From positions 26,784,001 to 26,848,000 of the forward strand of contig CM097887.1 of the NCBI GenBank assembly GCA_044892525.1: a DNA stretch of 64,000 nucleotides, written 5' to 3'. Each line of letters opens with the position of its first letter. Positions within the stretch are counted from its first letter, which is position 1. The notes under the pieces were generated by a model, which was not told the origin of the DNA, searched no databases, and was given only the letters and a program-made list of their open reading frames with translations. Of the stretch, positions 24,727 to 38,472 are shown one piece after another. The DNA comes from Schmidtea polychroa. Lineage: Eukaryota. The position numbers and the translations under genes were made by a program.

Positions 24727-24910
24727 GGTAGCAGCATTTATTATTTAAAACAATAAAATGATAATTTAAGCCTTTTGCTGCAAATAATGTATTTAATGAA
24801 AAAATTTTCGACTATAAGATAGTCCTTGTCAATTATCTTATAGTCGAAAATATTTTCATTAAATAAATTATTTACAGCAAAAGGCTTAAATTATCATTTA
24901 TTGTTTTATT
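24727..24910. repeat. Foldback/MITE-like palindrome; related pieces at 6310-6430 and 45774-45860
   Basis: aaaatgataatttaagccttttgctg...ttttcgactataagat vs atcttatagtcgaaaa...cagcaaaaggcttaaattatcattt. Confidence 0.7.
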
Positions 24911-25941
24911 TTTTATCAGTAATAGCATCATCATGTAAGCCTTACACTGTCAGGTGCTTTCAGCCAAGGATTGAATATTTCAAGTGATTTGTTAAAATGA
25001 TTTTCAATGAATTTCAATAGTAAATAATTAAAATTATGTATAAATTTTTATTAGATAAATGTAAAATATTTATAAGTAAAAATAATTTAAAATTTTGAAT
25101 TTTTAAATAATAAAAAAGTAAATTAGTTGGAAAAATTATTTTGAAAGTATTTAATTCAAGGCTGAAAATGTTTATATAAAAGTTAAACAATGTTTTATTA
25201 TTAAACTTTTCGATTATGACTTTATCTACTGAAAAAAGAATTAGAAAACAATTTTGATAATGTTCTCATAACATCTAACTCTCTTAAAATAATTGAATTT
25301 ATTTTTATAAAAAATAGTTGATCAGATTATAGGAATTTTTTAAGACTTTCATTTCCGATGTGCAATGAATTTTATCTTGAAACCAAAAATATATAGAGTG
25401 CTGAAAATATTTTAGCCAATTTTGTTAAATAAACATGGATCATTCATAATATGTGTTTGTTTTGGGGAAAGGGTACGTTAAATGGGGTTAAAATATTTCT
25501 TGACGATGACTCGTATTTCTTTGTTCTCCGAAAGTATGAATCGGATCTTTTGTTTTCAGAAAAACATGACTCACGATTTTCTTTGATCAAGCGAGCTCAC
25601 AACTCACTACTGGTATAATCTTCATTGTAACCCAAATAATGACCTAAATCGATTTCCTGATTGGAATTGAAGGTTTCCCATTTGCATACTTTGGAATTTT
25701 AATACGATTTATTGACTCTTATCAGTTTGTCAATGAATCATTAGCTAAAGTAGTCAAAATATTGAATACCTTATCGATCACAAAATCGGAATTTAATGGT
25801 AGTATAGTAGAATCAAAAGGAATTATTCTATATAATTATCCCACAAGTGAAGAAGTTCTATAAACAACTGTAGAATAACCATAATTTGGAAATATGTCAC
25901 AGAAGAAGAATATTAAAAGACTCAATAGATAATATAAGAAC

Positions 25942-26075
25942 TTTTTTTTTCAAATTTCACCACTGATTTCTTTTCCATTGTATTTATTAAAAAGCTTAAA
26001 AAGCTTAAATCAGTAAATATATCGATTTTGAATTCAAAATCATCGATATATTTACTGATTCATAGTCTTTAAGTT
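25942..26075. mobile_element. Family A pseudo-LTR fragments joined as a palindrome (26008-26060)
   Basis: aatcagtaaatatatcgat-tttgaattcaaaatc-atcgatatatttactgatt, preceded by caaatttcaccactgatttcttttccattg. Confidence 0.7.
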
Positions 26076-26229
26076 TTTTTAGGCTTTTTAATAAACTCAA
26101 CAGATATGGCAATAAACCGAATGTAAAACTTTGAAGGACTATCAGTTAATTTATTTAAAATTAGATGTTTTCTCTTAAACAATTTTGTCCAGCAGTTTCG
26201 AGCTAAGTTATTATTTCATAACCGATTAG

Positions 26230-26480
26230 AACAGCTAAACTTTTATGGAATTTCTGGTATGTCACGGACGGCAGTCCTTATGACTTTAGATGAATTCATT
26301 GAGTTATTACAAGAAATGTAGATAAAGGAGAAATCCACGTGGGTTTGACATTATATTAAATCAAATAATAATACAGAGTTATTATACATTGGCATCAATA
26401 ATATATATGGGCAGACTTTAAATAAAACCTTGCTGTGCGGAAAATGTAGTTGGATGTGTAGAGTGTAAAATTCCAGAATT
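26230..26480 (+). pseudogene. Polinton/Maverick pPolB palm-region relic
   Basis: ISGMSRTAVLMT...ELLQEM...HYIKSNNNTELLYIGINNIYGQTLNKTLLCGKCSW resembles PGLSWDAxLKxT...ELL...Y..ANN...LLYxDxNNLYGxAMxxxLPxGxFxW. Confidence 0.55.
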
Positions 26481-28959
26481 AGAAACGTTTCCATAGGGTT
26501 ATACTGTAAAAAAAGTAAAAAAGTAGTAAAAGTAATTTATCACTACCGTGGACTTTAATCAAATTTCTATCCCTTCAGTCTCTCCTAGATATCATTAGCG
26601 TTATAAGTAATAATGGTAACAGAAATAAAAAGAAAATTGTAAAACTTTATTTTATTTCATTATTTCAAACTATTTTATTCACGAAAAGAATTAATTTGAT
26701 TAGTAACGAAAATTGTCAAATATTTAGCAGTGCGTTGTTTGAATATTTATAATATGATTGAAACAAAATGTAACATTAGCAAAATATTTAGTATGATTAA
26801 AACCATTCTAAAGAATAAGAATATTTATATAGTTTTGGTTTTCGGATGACGTTTTTCTAATTAAAGTTTTTAATGTGAAATCGAAGCAAATTGTACGACA
26901 GACTAGTTTTGAGTTTATTTTACTCTCATTGTTCACATGTAAGAAATCACGATGGATAGAGACCAGTAATTCGTGTACAATCGAATATAGATACATTTAA
27001 TATCTTGCAAGCTATGCGTATGAGTAATTCATGTCATTCCTGCATTACCTAATCAATGTATAAACAATTAAAGTTAATAATGGTATACTATGGTAGTAAG
27101 TATGCGAATGGAATCAATTTATGTTGGTTTCCCGATGACTTACTGATCAAAATAAAGTTTAATGTGATATTCAATGCAATTTAACCCAATAAAGAAATGT
27201 GTAAAGGAAATTGAAGAACTGATGAATTCTCCAAGAGCAATTTAGTTGAAAGATGCTTTATTATAAATATTATTTTGAAACTTATTTATAAAAGAAAGGT
27301 TTGTCACAATGTCATTTACAACAAGCAAGAACAATATTCCAATGATAAATTGCACAAGGAAAAACATTTTTTGTTCTTGGAAAGGGACCTTAGTTTCCAA
27401 TATGCTATGTCTAAAAAATAATAAAAAGTTATTTTCATCTTAAGTTTTGATTTTGTGACTAGGAAAATCGTATTTCAAATTTTTTTGTGATTTTATTTCC
27501 AGATATAAAATAATAAATTAATCAAAGTTTTTCACATAAAAAATGACACTTTTTTGACAATTGTGAAAATTATCCATAAAAAATATAATCCACCTTTGCA
27601 AGAAATATTTCTCATCGTGCTCACAGATTATTTGGGGTGGCATTTTTTTTGAGGAAATTATCGGGTCTTTTCATTTCCCCATTGAAAATAATTAAACTTA
27701 TTCGAAAATTTGATTTTAAATAGATTCGATTAATACCAGAAGTTCTGTGGCTAACACTCCTCATTTGGATTTCTCTTCTAAAAAATTACTTTTATCCAAC
27801 ATAATCCAGTGAGAGGGATAAATCGTGGCCTACCGTAAGTAGGTGGTAGAGTCTCATAGGAGCCACATAACTTCAATAATAACAATAGTATTTAAACAAA
27901 TTAAATCATAATTTGTTTGAAGAATTTCTATAAAAATAATTAGGGCCTAAGTAAGGATTTCAACATACAGACAACATACAATAATAAATTAATTTATATT
28001 TTAGAACATCTCACAAGGAGGAAAGAATTTTCTGAAATTAGGACAAAAGGTAGGAAGATTATTTTAATTGAGAATCTCAAACATTTAAAGACAACTGATT
28101 CAAATAAAATATATTTATTTCACTATGCATTTAAATTAAAGAAATTAACTTTTTTGTTTAAATGATATTGAATTACATTAAATTTTATTTATATCTGTTA
28201 TTTTCTCACTACATAAAAATTAGAAAAATGTTTTTAAAATTTTAAAATCTTTTAAAATAATTTTATACATTTCTGATAAGAAAATTGAAAATCTATCCTG
28301 AATTCGAGTGTCAAAGGTCTGGCAATCTTATGAGAGATTTATAATTGCAATTATTATTATGATGTTCACAGAAAGCATTTATAATGTTTTATTTAAAAAT
28401 TATTTTTAATTTAATTTTAATTTTATTATTTTCAAATTTTTATTAAAAATATATTCTATTCGTAAAATCGTTCAGAGTCTGAGTATAATATATTTTTTTA
28501 ACATTTCAAGTTTAATCAAGTTTAAAAATTGAATTTATATACATTTTTAGTAAATTCATTTTAATTAAAAAAACTTTTAAAAATTAAAAATATTATCGAT
28601 GCCGACAATATCTGCCATAGTAGTATAATAAATAATATTTCAAAAATTAAAACAAAAATATAGAATTCAAATAATTTTGAAAAATAATAAATAATACTAA
28701 TAAATACTAATAAATAATAATAATAAATAATAAATTGGGATATGAAAATATTTTAATAAAAAATGTGTTGATCATAAAATAAAACCTCCTTAGTCCTAGA
28801 TCAAGTATTTGTTTATCAATTTAAACAAGAAAATAACTACTAAAATATATTAATGACAGTTTGCAAATCAACTAGAAAAGTTTCATAAAAAAATCATAGG
28901 CTTGTTAAAGTTTTAACAAAAATGTAATTCATTGAATGTTTTTCGATCAGAAAAAATCG

Positions 28960-29560
28960 GGCCCCATGGAATGTTGACGGATTTTTTTGTCACCTCTTTA
29001 TTGTCTGTTGGTTGAACCTTTGGTGTTTCGGTTCGAATCGGACGATTTTTAGATGGAATCACGGGGCTACGATTTATGCTAAAACTATGCGTTAAATCAA
29101 ATATTTTTCTGAAAATAAACCAAAAGATCAGTAATCAACAAACTCCATAAATTCTCACTTTGCCTCAGTCGGTATTCCACAATTTCTAGTAGGATTTATG
29201 ATTGCAACTGCCATTGTTATGGTAATGTTAGCTTCCGAAAAACTTGGATCTCGAATTTCTTCTTTTAATACAGAAAACTACTGAATTAAATGGATTAGTT
29301 GAATTGACCGGAGTTTGCCAAAGATAGCTTTGTACGATGCAAAACATAAAAAAACCCTAAAAGTACAGTAACAAATATCAATTTGAAACAACAAAACATT
29401 CGAGTTGACTTACAAAATCGGTTTTTTTTTCTATGGAGAATTGTACAATTTCGTTCGTATTTATATCAAGCCGGTTGGATAGTACATCTGATAAATGTAC
29501 CAAGTCAAGCGTGATCAGATATGGTTCAACACGGTAGTTTTCTCAAGGAGTAGACTTTGA
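28960..29560 (+). pseudogene. Gypsy-type integrase core relic
   Basis: Fragments PWNVDGF, FASVGIPQFLV and LNGLVE resemble PWxxxxxDF, FxxxGxPxxxVxD and xNGxxER. Many stops. Confidence 0.4.
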
Positions 29561-29946
29561 CATTTTCGTCAGCAGTAAAACTTGAATGTTTCAAAAGGTT
29601 AAATAAACATTGGCATATTCAATAATATAAACACCCACCATTTTCGAACAAAAAGTTAATATATTTTTATAATTATATGGNNNNNNNNNNNNNNNNNNNN
29701 NNNNNNNNNNNNNNNNNNNNNNNNNNNNNNNNNNNNNNNNNNNNNNNNNNNNNNNNNNNNNNNNNNNNNNNNNNNNNNNNNNNNNNNNNNNNNNNNNNNN
29801 NNNNNNNNNNNNNNNNNNNNNNNNNNNNNNNNNNNNNNNNNNNNNNNNNNNNNNNNNNNNNNNNNNNNNNNNNNNNNNNNNNNNNNNNNNNNNNNNNNNN
29901 NNNNNNNNNNNNNNNNNNNNNNNNNNNNNNNNNNNNNNNNNNNNNN

Positions 29947-30050
29947 CCCGCATGAGCTGAAACAGCTGAGTGAAATTCAAAATCACGGGGGAAAATAAAA
30001 TTCTTCCATTAAGTTGAAACAATTCTAGAATAAATTTAGTTTCTTATTGT
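29947..30050 (+). repeat. Gap-flanking repeat, near-identical to about 46050-46160
   Basis: cccgcatgagctgaaacagctgagtgaaattcaaaatcacgggggaaaataaaattcttccattaagttgaaacaattctagaataaattta occurs right after an N gap in both places. Confidence 0.85.
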
Positions 30051-30149
30051 TTTTAATTGTAAAAAATTAAAAACATTTTTTTCAAGATCAAATTTTCAAG
30101 TTCTCGTTTTCTTCAGTGCATCGATAGACTATCTTTTGTTTCTCGTTTT

Positions 30150-30800
30150 TTATGACATGTACTTTTTGTAAGTATGGAAGCGCTGATCTTTGGTGCATAA
30201 ATATTTCTTTACGAGCTGGTTTTCTGTAGAACCCGTATGTTGGAGTATCTGTTTCTATTTAAATTGAGGGATCTATCTTCTTCCGGATATTCGATTTCAA
30301 ACTTAATATCTCGGTAAGCCGCATTGAATGTATGAAATATTTATTTTCTGCTTATTTTCTGCTTTTGGTCGTGATAAAGATATCATCTACATATCTTGCA
30401 TAGAAACCGATGGGTTGTATAGTCCTCAGTGTTTGTCGTTCGAGGTTATCCATAAAGATGATTGCTAGCAATCCTGATAAGCTAGAACCCATAAGCAGAC
30501 ATTGAACTTGTTTATAGATATTTTGTTCAAAGGTAAAATAGGTGTTTTCGAGGATAACAGTAAGAAGTTTGGTGATATTCTCGGTATTCATTTCCTTTAT
30601 TAACAAGTTGCTTTCAATTGCTGCTTTGAAGATGGGGTGTTATTGTGTCCAATAATGGTTTCAAGATCTTTACAAGAAGCCAACTTGTTTTAGTCGTTGG
30701 TCCATTTGTGTTGGATACTATAGGTCTAATTTTGAAGTTATTTTTGAAGTTATTATTTCTTTAGATTTTTAGATATTTCTCTGGAAACGCTAGCTTTTTG
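30150..30800 (-). pseudogene. Penelope-like element reverse transcriptase, disrupted
   Basis: KIRPIVSNTNGPT...LVKILKPLL, then ENTYFTFEQNIYKQVQCLLMGSSLSGLLAIIFMDNLE...FYARYVDDIF. Confidence 0.85.
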
Positions 30801-31599
30801 CGAAGGTGAAGAATTGACAATGTAAAATTTTTTCATTTAATTACAAATAATTAAAATATTTTAAAGTATATCAGATATTTCTTGTCAAACGACTTTGTGT
30901 GAAGATAGCATTTCTAATATTCAACAAGGTTCATCAACATTTGCAGAAAAAAAATTCGAAAATCGTAAATTTTAATAACTTGTATAAAAATAATAATAAT
31001 TTCATAAAATTACATAAAATGACAAAATTCACGATATCAATGAGCTGGAGAAAGAAGATTACAAAAACTTAAAAAAACTTCTTCGCTTCTTTCTTAAATG
31101 TCTTAAAAAAATAAATGTGTTTGATGACTTCTTTATTTATTTATAGTTAAAATATTAATCTAACTTACATTTTATCGAAATAATTCCAATCAAATTCATA
31201 ATCATAAAAATCCTAAAATAAACCCTGAAAACTAATTAAAACTAATTTATAATCAAAATGTTGATTACAAGTAACATTTAAGAGCTTGAATAATGATCTC
31301 ATAATTTTATAAAATCAAAATTCAAACATTAAAAGTTACTTAAATTAAAAAAACTTGTAAAATTGAATAAATGGAATGAAGTAAATAACTCCACATTGTC
31401 ATAAATGGGAGTCATCCACTGATGAACACATCAACATGTATTATAGAGACTTTTAACTTGTGGCATTAGGTGTATGTTCTAAACATGTAAAATAATTTCT
31501 TAACACTAAACTTACATTTATATTCAATTTTGATTGATTGTTTTGTATTTTCATAGACAATATTTCAATATCCTCGACAAATGAAATAAATATAATAAA

Positions 31600-33200
31600 C
31601 GAAAATAAATCAGTGGTGAAAATTGAAAAATGTTCTTATAATTCTTATAATTTAAAAAATATTTTACATAATTTAAAAAATATTTTAAAAAATTTTCACA
31701 TGGCATGTTTTTATTTAATAAATTATAAATTTTATCATAAAATTAAAATACCTGAAATATCTTGCAAACCAACATGAACAATTATTTATTAATGATTTTT
31801 GCTTTGTTTATTTACTAAGAATTTTATTTTTCTTAATTTAACTTTAGACCATAATTCAATGTTTTACACAACTTTTCCGCATCTCACTTTTTAAAAATTA
31901 AAATCTCACTTTTGTGTTAAATTAATTTTGTTTAAATTAATGAAAACATTAATTTCTTAAGTTAAATCTAAATGAAAAATAATTACATTTTAAATAACAA
32001 TTAATACTATAATTATAATAAATGAAATATGAAAATGTAAAAATTAATAAAATTATGATAATAATAAATTTGACGTAGGCAATAAACTTCTCTCCCAAAC
32101 AAGCACAAATATTAAATCAAATTTCTAAAAAAATATTTATTAACCAAGCATTAATTTCTTTATAATTTATATTTGTCGATTTATGTAAAATATTTTATTT
32201 ATTAATTTAAATTAAATATATTTTAATTTGTATAACATTTTAAATTAATTTTTTTAGAAATAAAAATTTTGGAAATTATGAAAATTTGTTTGAATTTATT
32301 CTAATATTTAATAATATAATAAATATTTTTGGAAAATGAGTGTAATTAATATGAAACGCTTACGAGTAGACATTCGTAACTTTTTCGATGATCCACCTTA
32401 TGGTATCCATTTATGTTATGATGAAGAAAATATTACAGAATTTCATGCTTTGATTATCGGTCCCAAAGATACTCCTTATGAAGGAGGATTTTTCCATTTT
32501 ATATTAGAGATACCTCAAAGATATCCTTTTTTTCCTCCGAAAGTAATCCTTCAAACTACTGGCAATGGAACTGTTCGATTTAATCCTAATTTGTACCAAT
32601 GTGGTAAGGTCTGTTTAAGCATTTTGGGAACTTGGTCAGGTCCAAGTTGGTCTTCAATTATGAATTTGTCCCAGGTTCTCGTGTCAATACAATCTCTACT
32701 AAACGAAGAACCCTACTATAATGAACCAGGTTATGAGAATAGAGTAAATGAAATTGCCAGCAACAATTATAATCAAAACGTTCGAATTAATACAATGATC
32801 CACGCAGTAGAAGGCATACTTGACAAGCATTCTGTAATCCCAGATGCATTATATATAATTGCAAAGCAATATTTCCTTGATAATTATCAGGGCTACATAG
32901 AGATTTGTCAAAGGTTTCTATACCTTCAATCCATGATTGGAAGATTGGAATCTTTAAAATCGAGATTATTACTGCAATAAAATTTATTTATAACACATTT
33001 TGTATTAGAATTATTTGTCTTTTACTTGTATTTTTTATTTTTAATTAAACATTTTAAAGGTAATTTTCCATTGCCAAGTGATAGTTATTAAATTATGCTA
33101 ATTACCCAATCTTCACAATCCTTTATTGGCTATTATGTACAATTGCATCCCCACTTTTAATTGTGTTTAAATTAATTATATATAATAATAATTTTAAAAT
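31600..33200 (+). repeat. Direct duplicate of about 14710-16330 (pseudo-LTR end + AT-rich leader + UBE2Z + 3' flank)
   Basis: Colinear from gaaaataaatcagtggtgaaaattgaaaaa to aattaattatatataataataattt. Several substitutions and indels in the leader; CDS almost identical. Confidence 0.9.
32336..32980 (+). CDS. UBE2Z: Ubiquitin-conjugating enzyme E2, UBE2Z-type, intronless, 214 aa, copy 2
   Basis: Same ORF as 15469-16113; the only difference I found is A16024 vs G32891 (Ser to Gly). Confidence 0.9.
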   Translation: MSVINMKRLRVDIRNFFDDPPYGIHLCYDEENITEFHALIIGPKDTPYEGGFFHFILEIPQRYPFFPPKVILQTTGNGTVRFNPNLYQCGKVCLSILGTWSGPSWSSIMNLSQVLVSIQSLLNEEPYYNEPGYENRVNEIASNNYNQNVRINTMIHAVEGILDKHSVIPDALYIIAKQYFLDNYQGYIEICQRFLYLQSMIGRLESLKSRLLLQ

Positions 33201-34300
33201 ATCGAAATGGGAGTTTCTGCTTAACCTTCGGTGATTGGTCGGTTTGCAAGAGTTAGAATGAAAAGGGCAAGTTTCATGTTATATTACTTTGGGGGTGGTT
33301 AATAACCCGGGGGGTCTGTAATTATAATTAGATCGACTGATTGCTGCCATATCATTGGTAGAGATTTTTGATACTAAATTTAGTAGTGAAATTATCCTAA
33401 AAGGATATTGCTAATGCGAAAGGGCATGAGTTGAAGTTATATTGGGGTTTTATGTACAACGGAACACGGCTTGGTTTTATACTTTATATAAAATAGAATA
33501 TGAATTGGTTTTATATGCGGGGTTCTTTTGGTAAATAAAACACGAGTTGGTTGTATATTTTTTTGAATTAGAATATGGGTCAATTTTATATCAGGAGTTT
33601 ATATAAAAGAAACACGAATTTATTTGATAGAATACGAATTAAGCTTTATATTAGGGGTTGCTATTATGAGGTTTAATTTGATCATCCTTCTGTTATCCTG
33701 GGGGTAAATAATAGTGTTTGTTCATATGGTAAGGTTAATAATGAAACCTGAGCAAATAATAGAAGTTGATGGTGATATGAATAAAGCAGCCTGAATGATA
33801 TAACCTAAGTATAATATAAGTTGGTAAGTACGGAAGTTGATAATATAAAGTTATTAATAAAAACTATCGTGAGCTAGTAATGATATTAGTCGAATTGTGG
33901 CAGTTATACTATAAGGTATTAATGAGGCTATACATTGACACAAATATCCTAATGTGGATGTCATTATAAGGTAGTTTGGCTATTATTGGAACTATTGGTT
34001 CAGATGCAATACTTTTCCCGGGACAATAGAATCTGGATGATGTAATTTAAATTCAGCCCGCCTAACTTAGTCAGATCTTTATTTATAGTTGATATGGGGT
34101 ACGAGTTTTTGTGGGGTTTATTTCGGTTTTTGATCTACCTTGAGTTCAATTTATGCATTTAATTAGGAAGTGAGTACGTCATCAAAGATTTCGTCATATA
34201 TAGGCGTAAATTAAGAGACTTTGGAGCTCATTTCCATGGAAACTATGCATTTTTTCTATATAAGGACTATATATTTTCATGACCCTTATAAAATTCCGAG
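33200..34300 (-). pseudogene. Decayed Gypsy-like pol relic, containing a degenerate ~70-bp triple repeat at about 33440-33660
   Basis: Minus-strand fragments EIFDDVL...IELKVDQKP and LYLGYII. The repeat core aacacg...ttggtt...tagaatatg...ttttatat recurs three times. Confidence 0.35.
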
Positions 34301-35124
34301 TTGGCTTGTATAATCTTCAGGAGCGAGATACTGGTCTGGATGGGAAATATTGTGGAAGGGACACATACATATAATTGCCCATTCTGCAACTTCTAAGAGA
34401 TTCTTTGTTCAGAGATCAATTAAAACTAATTTTAGAAACATACCCATAATTTTCCAAAAAATAAATTAATTACAAGAATCCACATTTTACAAAATAGGGA
34501 AATAGTAAAAAAAATGTTGTGTAAGTGATGCTGGAGCGCAGGTTTTTAATATTACATGAAAATAAAAAATATGGCTATTTTTTAGAATATCAAAACTATT
34601 TTTAATAGTTTTGATATATATGATTCCTATTTCTTTAAATCTTTTAGTTATTTTCTTAATATATTTAATTATCTAACTTTTTTAATTTTATTTTTTGATT
34701 TAGTTGTTGTAGATGTCTGCGCCATGTTGGTTTTTGCCATTTTCATAGAATAGTCTAGCATATTTTATTATTTTAACTGTAGTTTTTATTCTTAATGGTT
34801 TATTAACGTTATTTGGTGGAAATCTTTTTATTTCCAGTTTCCATTTTTCCATTATCGCCACTAATTCAAATTTGTTAACCTTCTTTTAGTTATTCTTGCT
34901 ATATCTGTGTTTGATTCGATTAATACTTCTTGTTATTGTTATTATATTATTTTATCTTTGTGTTTTATCATTTTGGTGTTGTGTAGGTTCTTTTAACCGT
35001 GTTTAGTTGATGCTTTACATTTTTCTATTTTAACTTTACTTAGTGCTGCATCTGTTTGTGTGTACCACTTCTCTGACGTATTTAGATCGGGCTACTTCCA
35101 CGTAGGCCTAAAATCAGTTTTAGC

Positions 35125-35467
35125 CTAACAAATAACTCCTAATAAATCCATAAAAATCATTGATAAATTAACGAAATTATCAAGGAAATATTGCTTTGCA
35201 ATTATATATAATGCATCTGGGATTACAGAATGCTTGTCAAGTATGCCTTCTACTGCGTGGATCATTGTATTAATTCGAACGTTTTGATTATAATTGTTGC
35301 TGGCAATTTCATTTACTCTATTCTCATAACCTGGTTCATTATAGTAGGGTTCTTCGTTTAGTAGAGATTGTATTGACACGAGAACCTGGGACAAATTCAT
35401 AACTGCAGACCAACCTGGACCTGTCCAAGTTCTCAAAATGCTTAAACAGGCTTTACTACATTGGTAC
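35125..35467 (-). pseudogene. UBE2Z: Inverted, 5'-truncated third UBE2Z copy (retains the catalytic Cys), mosaic in sequence
   Basis: [27 protein letters not shown]...FLDN then an unrelated tail. 35175-35402 is identical to copies 1 and 2; 35403-35467 has 8 substitutions in 65 nt. Confidence 0.85.
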
Positions 35468-37020
35468 CTGTGTTTTTTAGTATGTGTTGTGTTTGTTACT
35501 TTTTAGATTTTGATAGTGTAACTTACACTAGTGCAATGAGAACATCAGCATGAAATCAAAGTATAATGTAAGATTATTGATTTTTTCTAATATTATAGGA
35601 AACGTATCTGAGTGGTTCAAGGTGTATGAAGTACCAATGTACCAAGCGCTAATCAAGTTATTTGTGTGTAATTAGTTAGAGTTTTGTAGAAAATTTATTC
35701 TTTACCTTATATTCAATTTTAATAACCTTTATTATAAATTAATTTTAAATTAAATTAATGAATAAAAAATTAATGTAATAATAACCATAATGTGCAAAAT
35801 AATATTAGTTGAGATTTATTGCAAATACAATTAATATTACAATTCATTTCAATAGCCAAATTTATATTTTAATCATAACCTTTCAAAATTAGACAACCAA
35901 ATCTGCTTGACATACCAGTGAAATTATCAAAGCTTATCCGGAAGAGAGAAAACAATGAATTTTATTGCTGTCAATTAGTTGGCCATCTAGCAAATGAAAT
36001 TTACACAATAACATATGCGCATTCAGCTCAAATTAAATTCTATTCATTTCTTTTTTAATATTTTAAAACTATTTTCAAGTCGGTAAATAGAAAATAGCTC
36101 CAACGTTTATATTAATTTGCAAATGGAATCAAAAATGCCGAATATATGTTGTCATGGATATCGAAGGTAACTATTTCCTTTATTTAAACTAATCTAATTA
36201 TAATCAAAAAATTAAAGAAATAATTTCTTAGTAAACTAACTAAAAATCATTTTGCATTTTCTATATTAAAAATAATTACGATTACATAAAGTTTATGGAA
36301 TGCTTTAATTTAACTTTTCTGATAATTTCTTATTTAATTAAAATTACTTACGATAATTTAAGTCACATGTGGCTCAGACCTTTCTGAACAATTCAATTTT
36401 TTTAACTTTTATCGTTTTTTTTGTTATTATTAGCAATATTAAAACCGTGAGAGTTTCCTACGAATTATGGTTCCAAAATTGATTCTATTTTGACATGTTT
36501 TAGAAAGTTAAAAACATACTTTATTTAACAAAACAGAAATGAAAAAAATCGCATTGTCCTCAATGTGTTAATTATTTGTAGATTATTAATGAATAAAATT
36601 TTAATCATGAAAAATTAACTTTAATATTCAATACATAAATTAATTCAGTGTAGACTTTATTCGTCATTACTACCCTACCATGACATGTCCTTCATTTTGA
36701 AAACTATCGTCATTTTAAGATATAAATAATGGATATTAAAAGAGAATTAGTTGTGCAAAACAAAGAATCATGGTACTGAGGAGAAAATTCACATTTACAC
36801 AAAACTTGTTGAATACTGAATCGAATAATTTCTACGTTTGAACAGTTNNNNNNNNNNNNNNNNNNNNNNNNNNNNNNNNNNNNNNNNNNNNNNNNNNNNN
36901 NNNNNNNNNNNNNNNNNNNNNNNNNNNNNNNNNNNNNNNNNNNNNNNNNNNNNNNNNNNNNNNNNNNNNNNNNNNNNNNNNNNNNNNNNNNNNNNNNNNN
37001 NNNNNNNNNNNNNNNNNNNN

Positions 37021-37845
37021 NGGATACGTTCTGGACATGGTCGCGTTATGCGAAATATCGCGGTCAAATGGGGATTTTTGAAAAAAAACATTTAAAGACT
37101 CGAAAAACTTTATATTTATTAAATAAACATTATAATAATAATAAGACAAATAACATTAAGAATAAAATATTAAATAAACATTGAAAATAACATTCAGAAT
37201 TTATAAAAAAATACAATGGATGAATTAATAACTTATTCATTTTTCTCGATGTTGTATAAAGAAATCTAGATTCCCTTGTTTGGCTTCTCTGCGTTTATTG
37301 CGCAAAAATTGCCGATAACCATCAAACAATGCTTTACAGCCATCTTTAACAACATTTACTCGCTCGTAATCTTCACCGTTCTCTTTTAACAAGTCCATGC
37401 ATTGATCGTGAAGAGAAAGGGCCTTTTCGATAGTTTTACAGTAAAATTTCTGACTGGAATAGGTTCGGATACGTCATTTTCTATGGGTGTATGACAGTCC
37501 ATTCCCTGTACCTCTTCACTAGTCAAGGGTTCACCGTGTGATTTTAACAAAGTATGAATATCATCTTCATCAACACCTTTGATGCCTCCGAAAATGACTA
37601 GACGACTAATCACTTCGATAATATTAATTTCATAATTGCAGTAATTTCACTGAACAATCGTTTCCAAACACCCTTTTTACACGACTGGATGACTTCATTC
37701 CATGCTTTGTCGATGTTTATGACACTCATTATGACGATTTATCACACTGTCGAGGTCAATGTCTGAAAAATATATTTTTTTAAATTGTCGGTCGCGTTAT
37801 AACGAATTCGCACTCGCCGGGGTCGCAGTGAACGGGGGTTACCTG
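37021..37845 (-). mobile_element. Internally deleted Tigger/pogo element
   Basis: TA|CAGGTAACCCCCG end at 37845; GVDEDDIHTLLKSHGEPLTSEE and DYERVNVVK...YRQFLRNKRREAKQGNLDFF. The other end runs into the N gap. Confidence 0.8.
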
Positions 37846-38472
37846 TACATGACAAAAAGTTTTTTTCAAATTTCACCACTGATTCGTTTTCCATTGTATT
37901 TATTAAAAAGCTTGACTATAAATCATTAAATATATTGATGTTTTTTATATTCAAGAATTTTCAGTGATTGTAAAACATTCATGTACGTAGCAATGACAGT
38001 TATTGCAAAACTTGGTAAGATTTTTTGAAAAATATTTTAGGACGAAATTTAAAAATTTCAAGAAATCACTGATAATAATTCTTCGTGTTTTCGTTGTTGT
38101 TATAATAGGCATAATAATAAATATTCTAGTCGAGGAATTTTCAATTACAGTCCTGTCAGTAAAACTTTTTTCCAAACCTTTGGCTCATTTCAAAAATTTT
38201 AACTTTCATTAAGATATCATTTAAGTACACTTAGGTCCATTCTGTAAATTTTTTTATCACTGTGTCATGTAAAATAATGCTTCTAGTTGAGTTTGAACAA
38301 CTGCAAAAACAGTTGAACTGATAATGCATGATGCTATTAAATTTTTTTGGAGTATTTTCAAATAAAATAATAAAAATTAAAAATTACAATAATGTAAATA
38401 ATAATATTATTAAAATTATTGGTTTTTTCTATTCAAAATAGTAATTTGATTTACTTAATGCTATATATTTTA

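Noticed and set aside
31415-31450. CTGATGA inside family B as a ribozyme core
   Set aside because: No stem II/GAAA follows; in family B this segment is simply complementary to the TCTCAGTGG motif.
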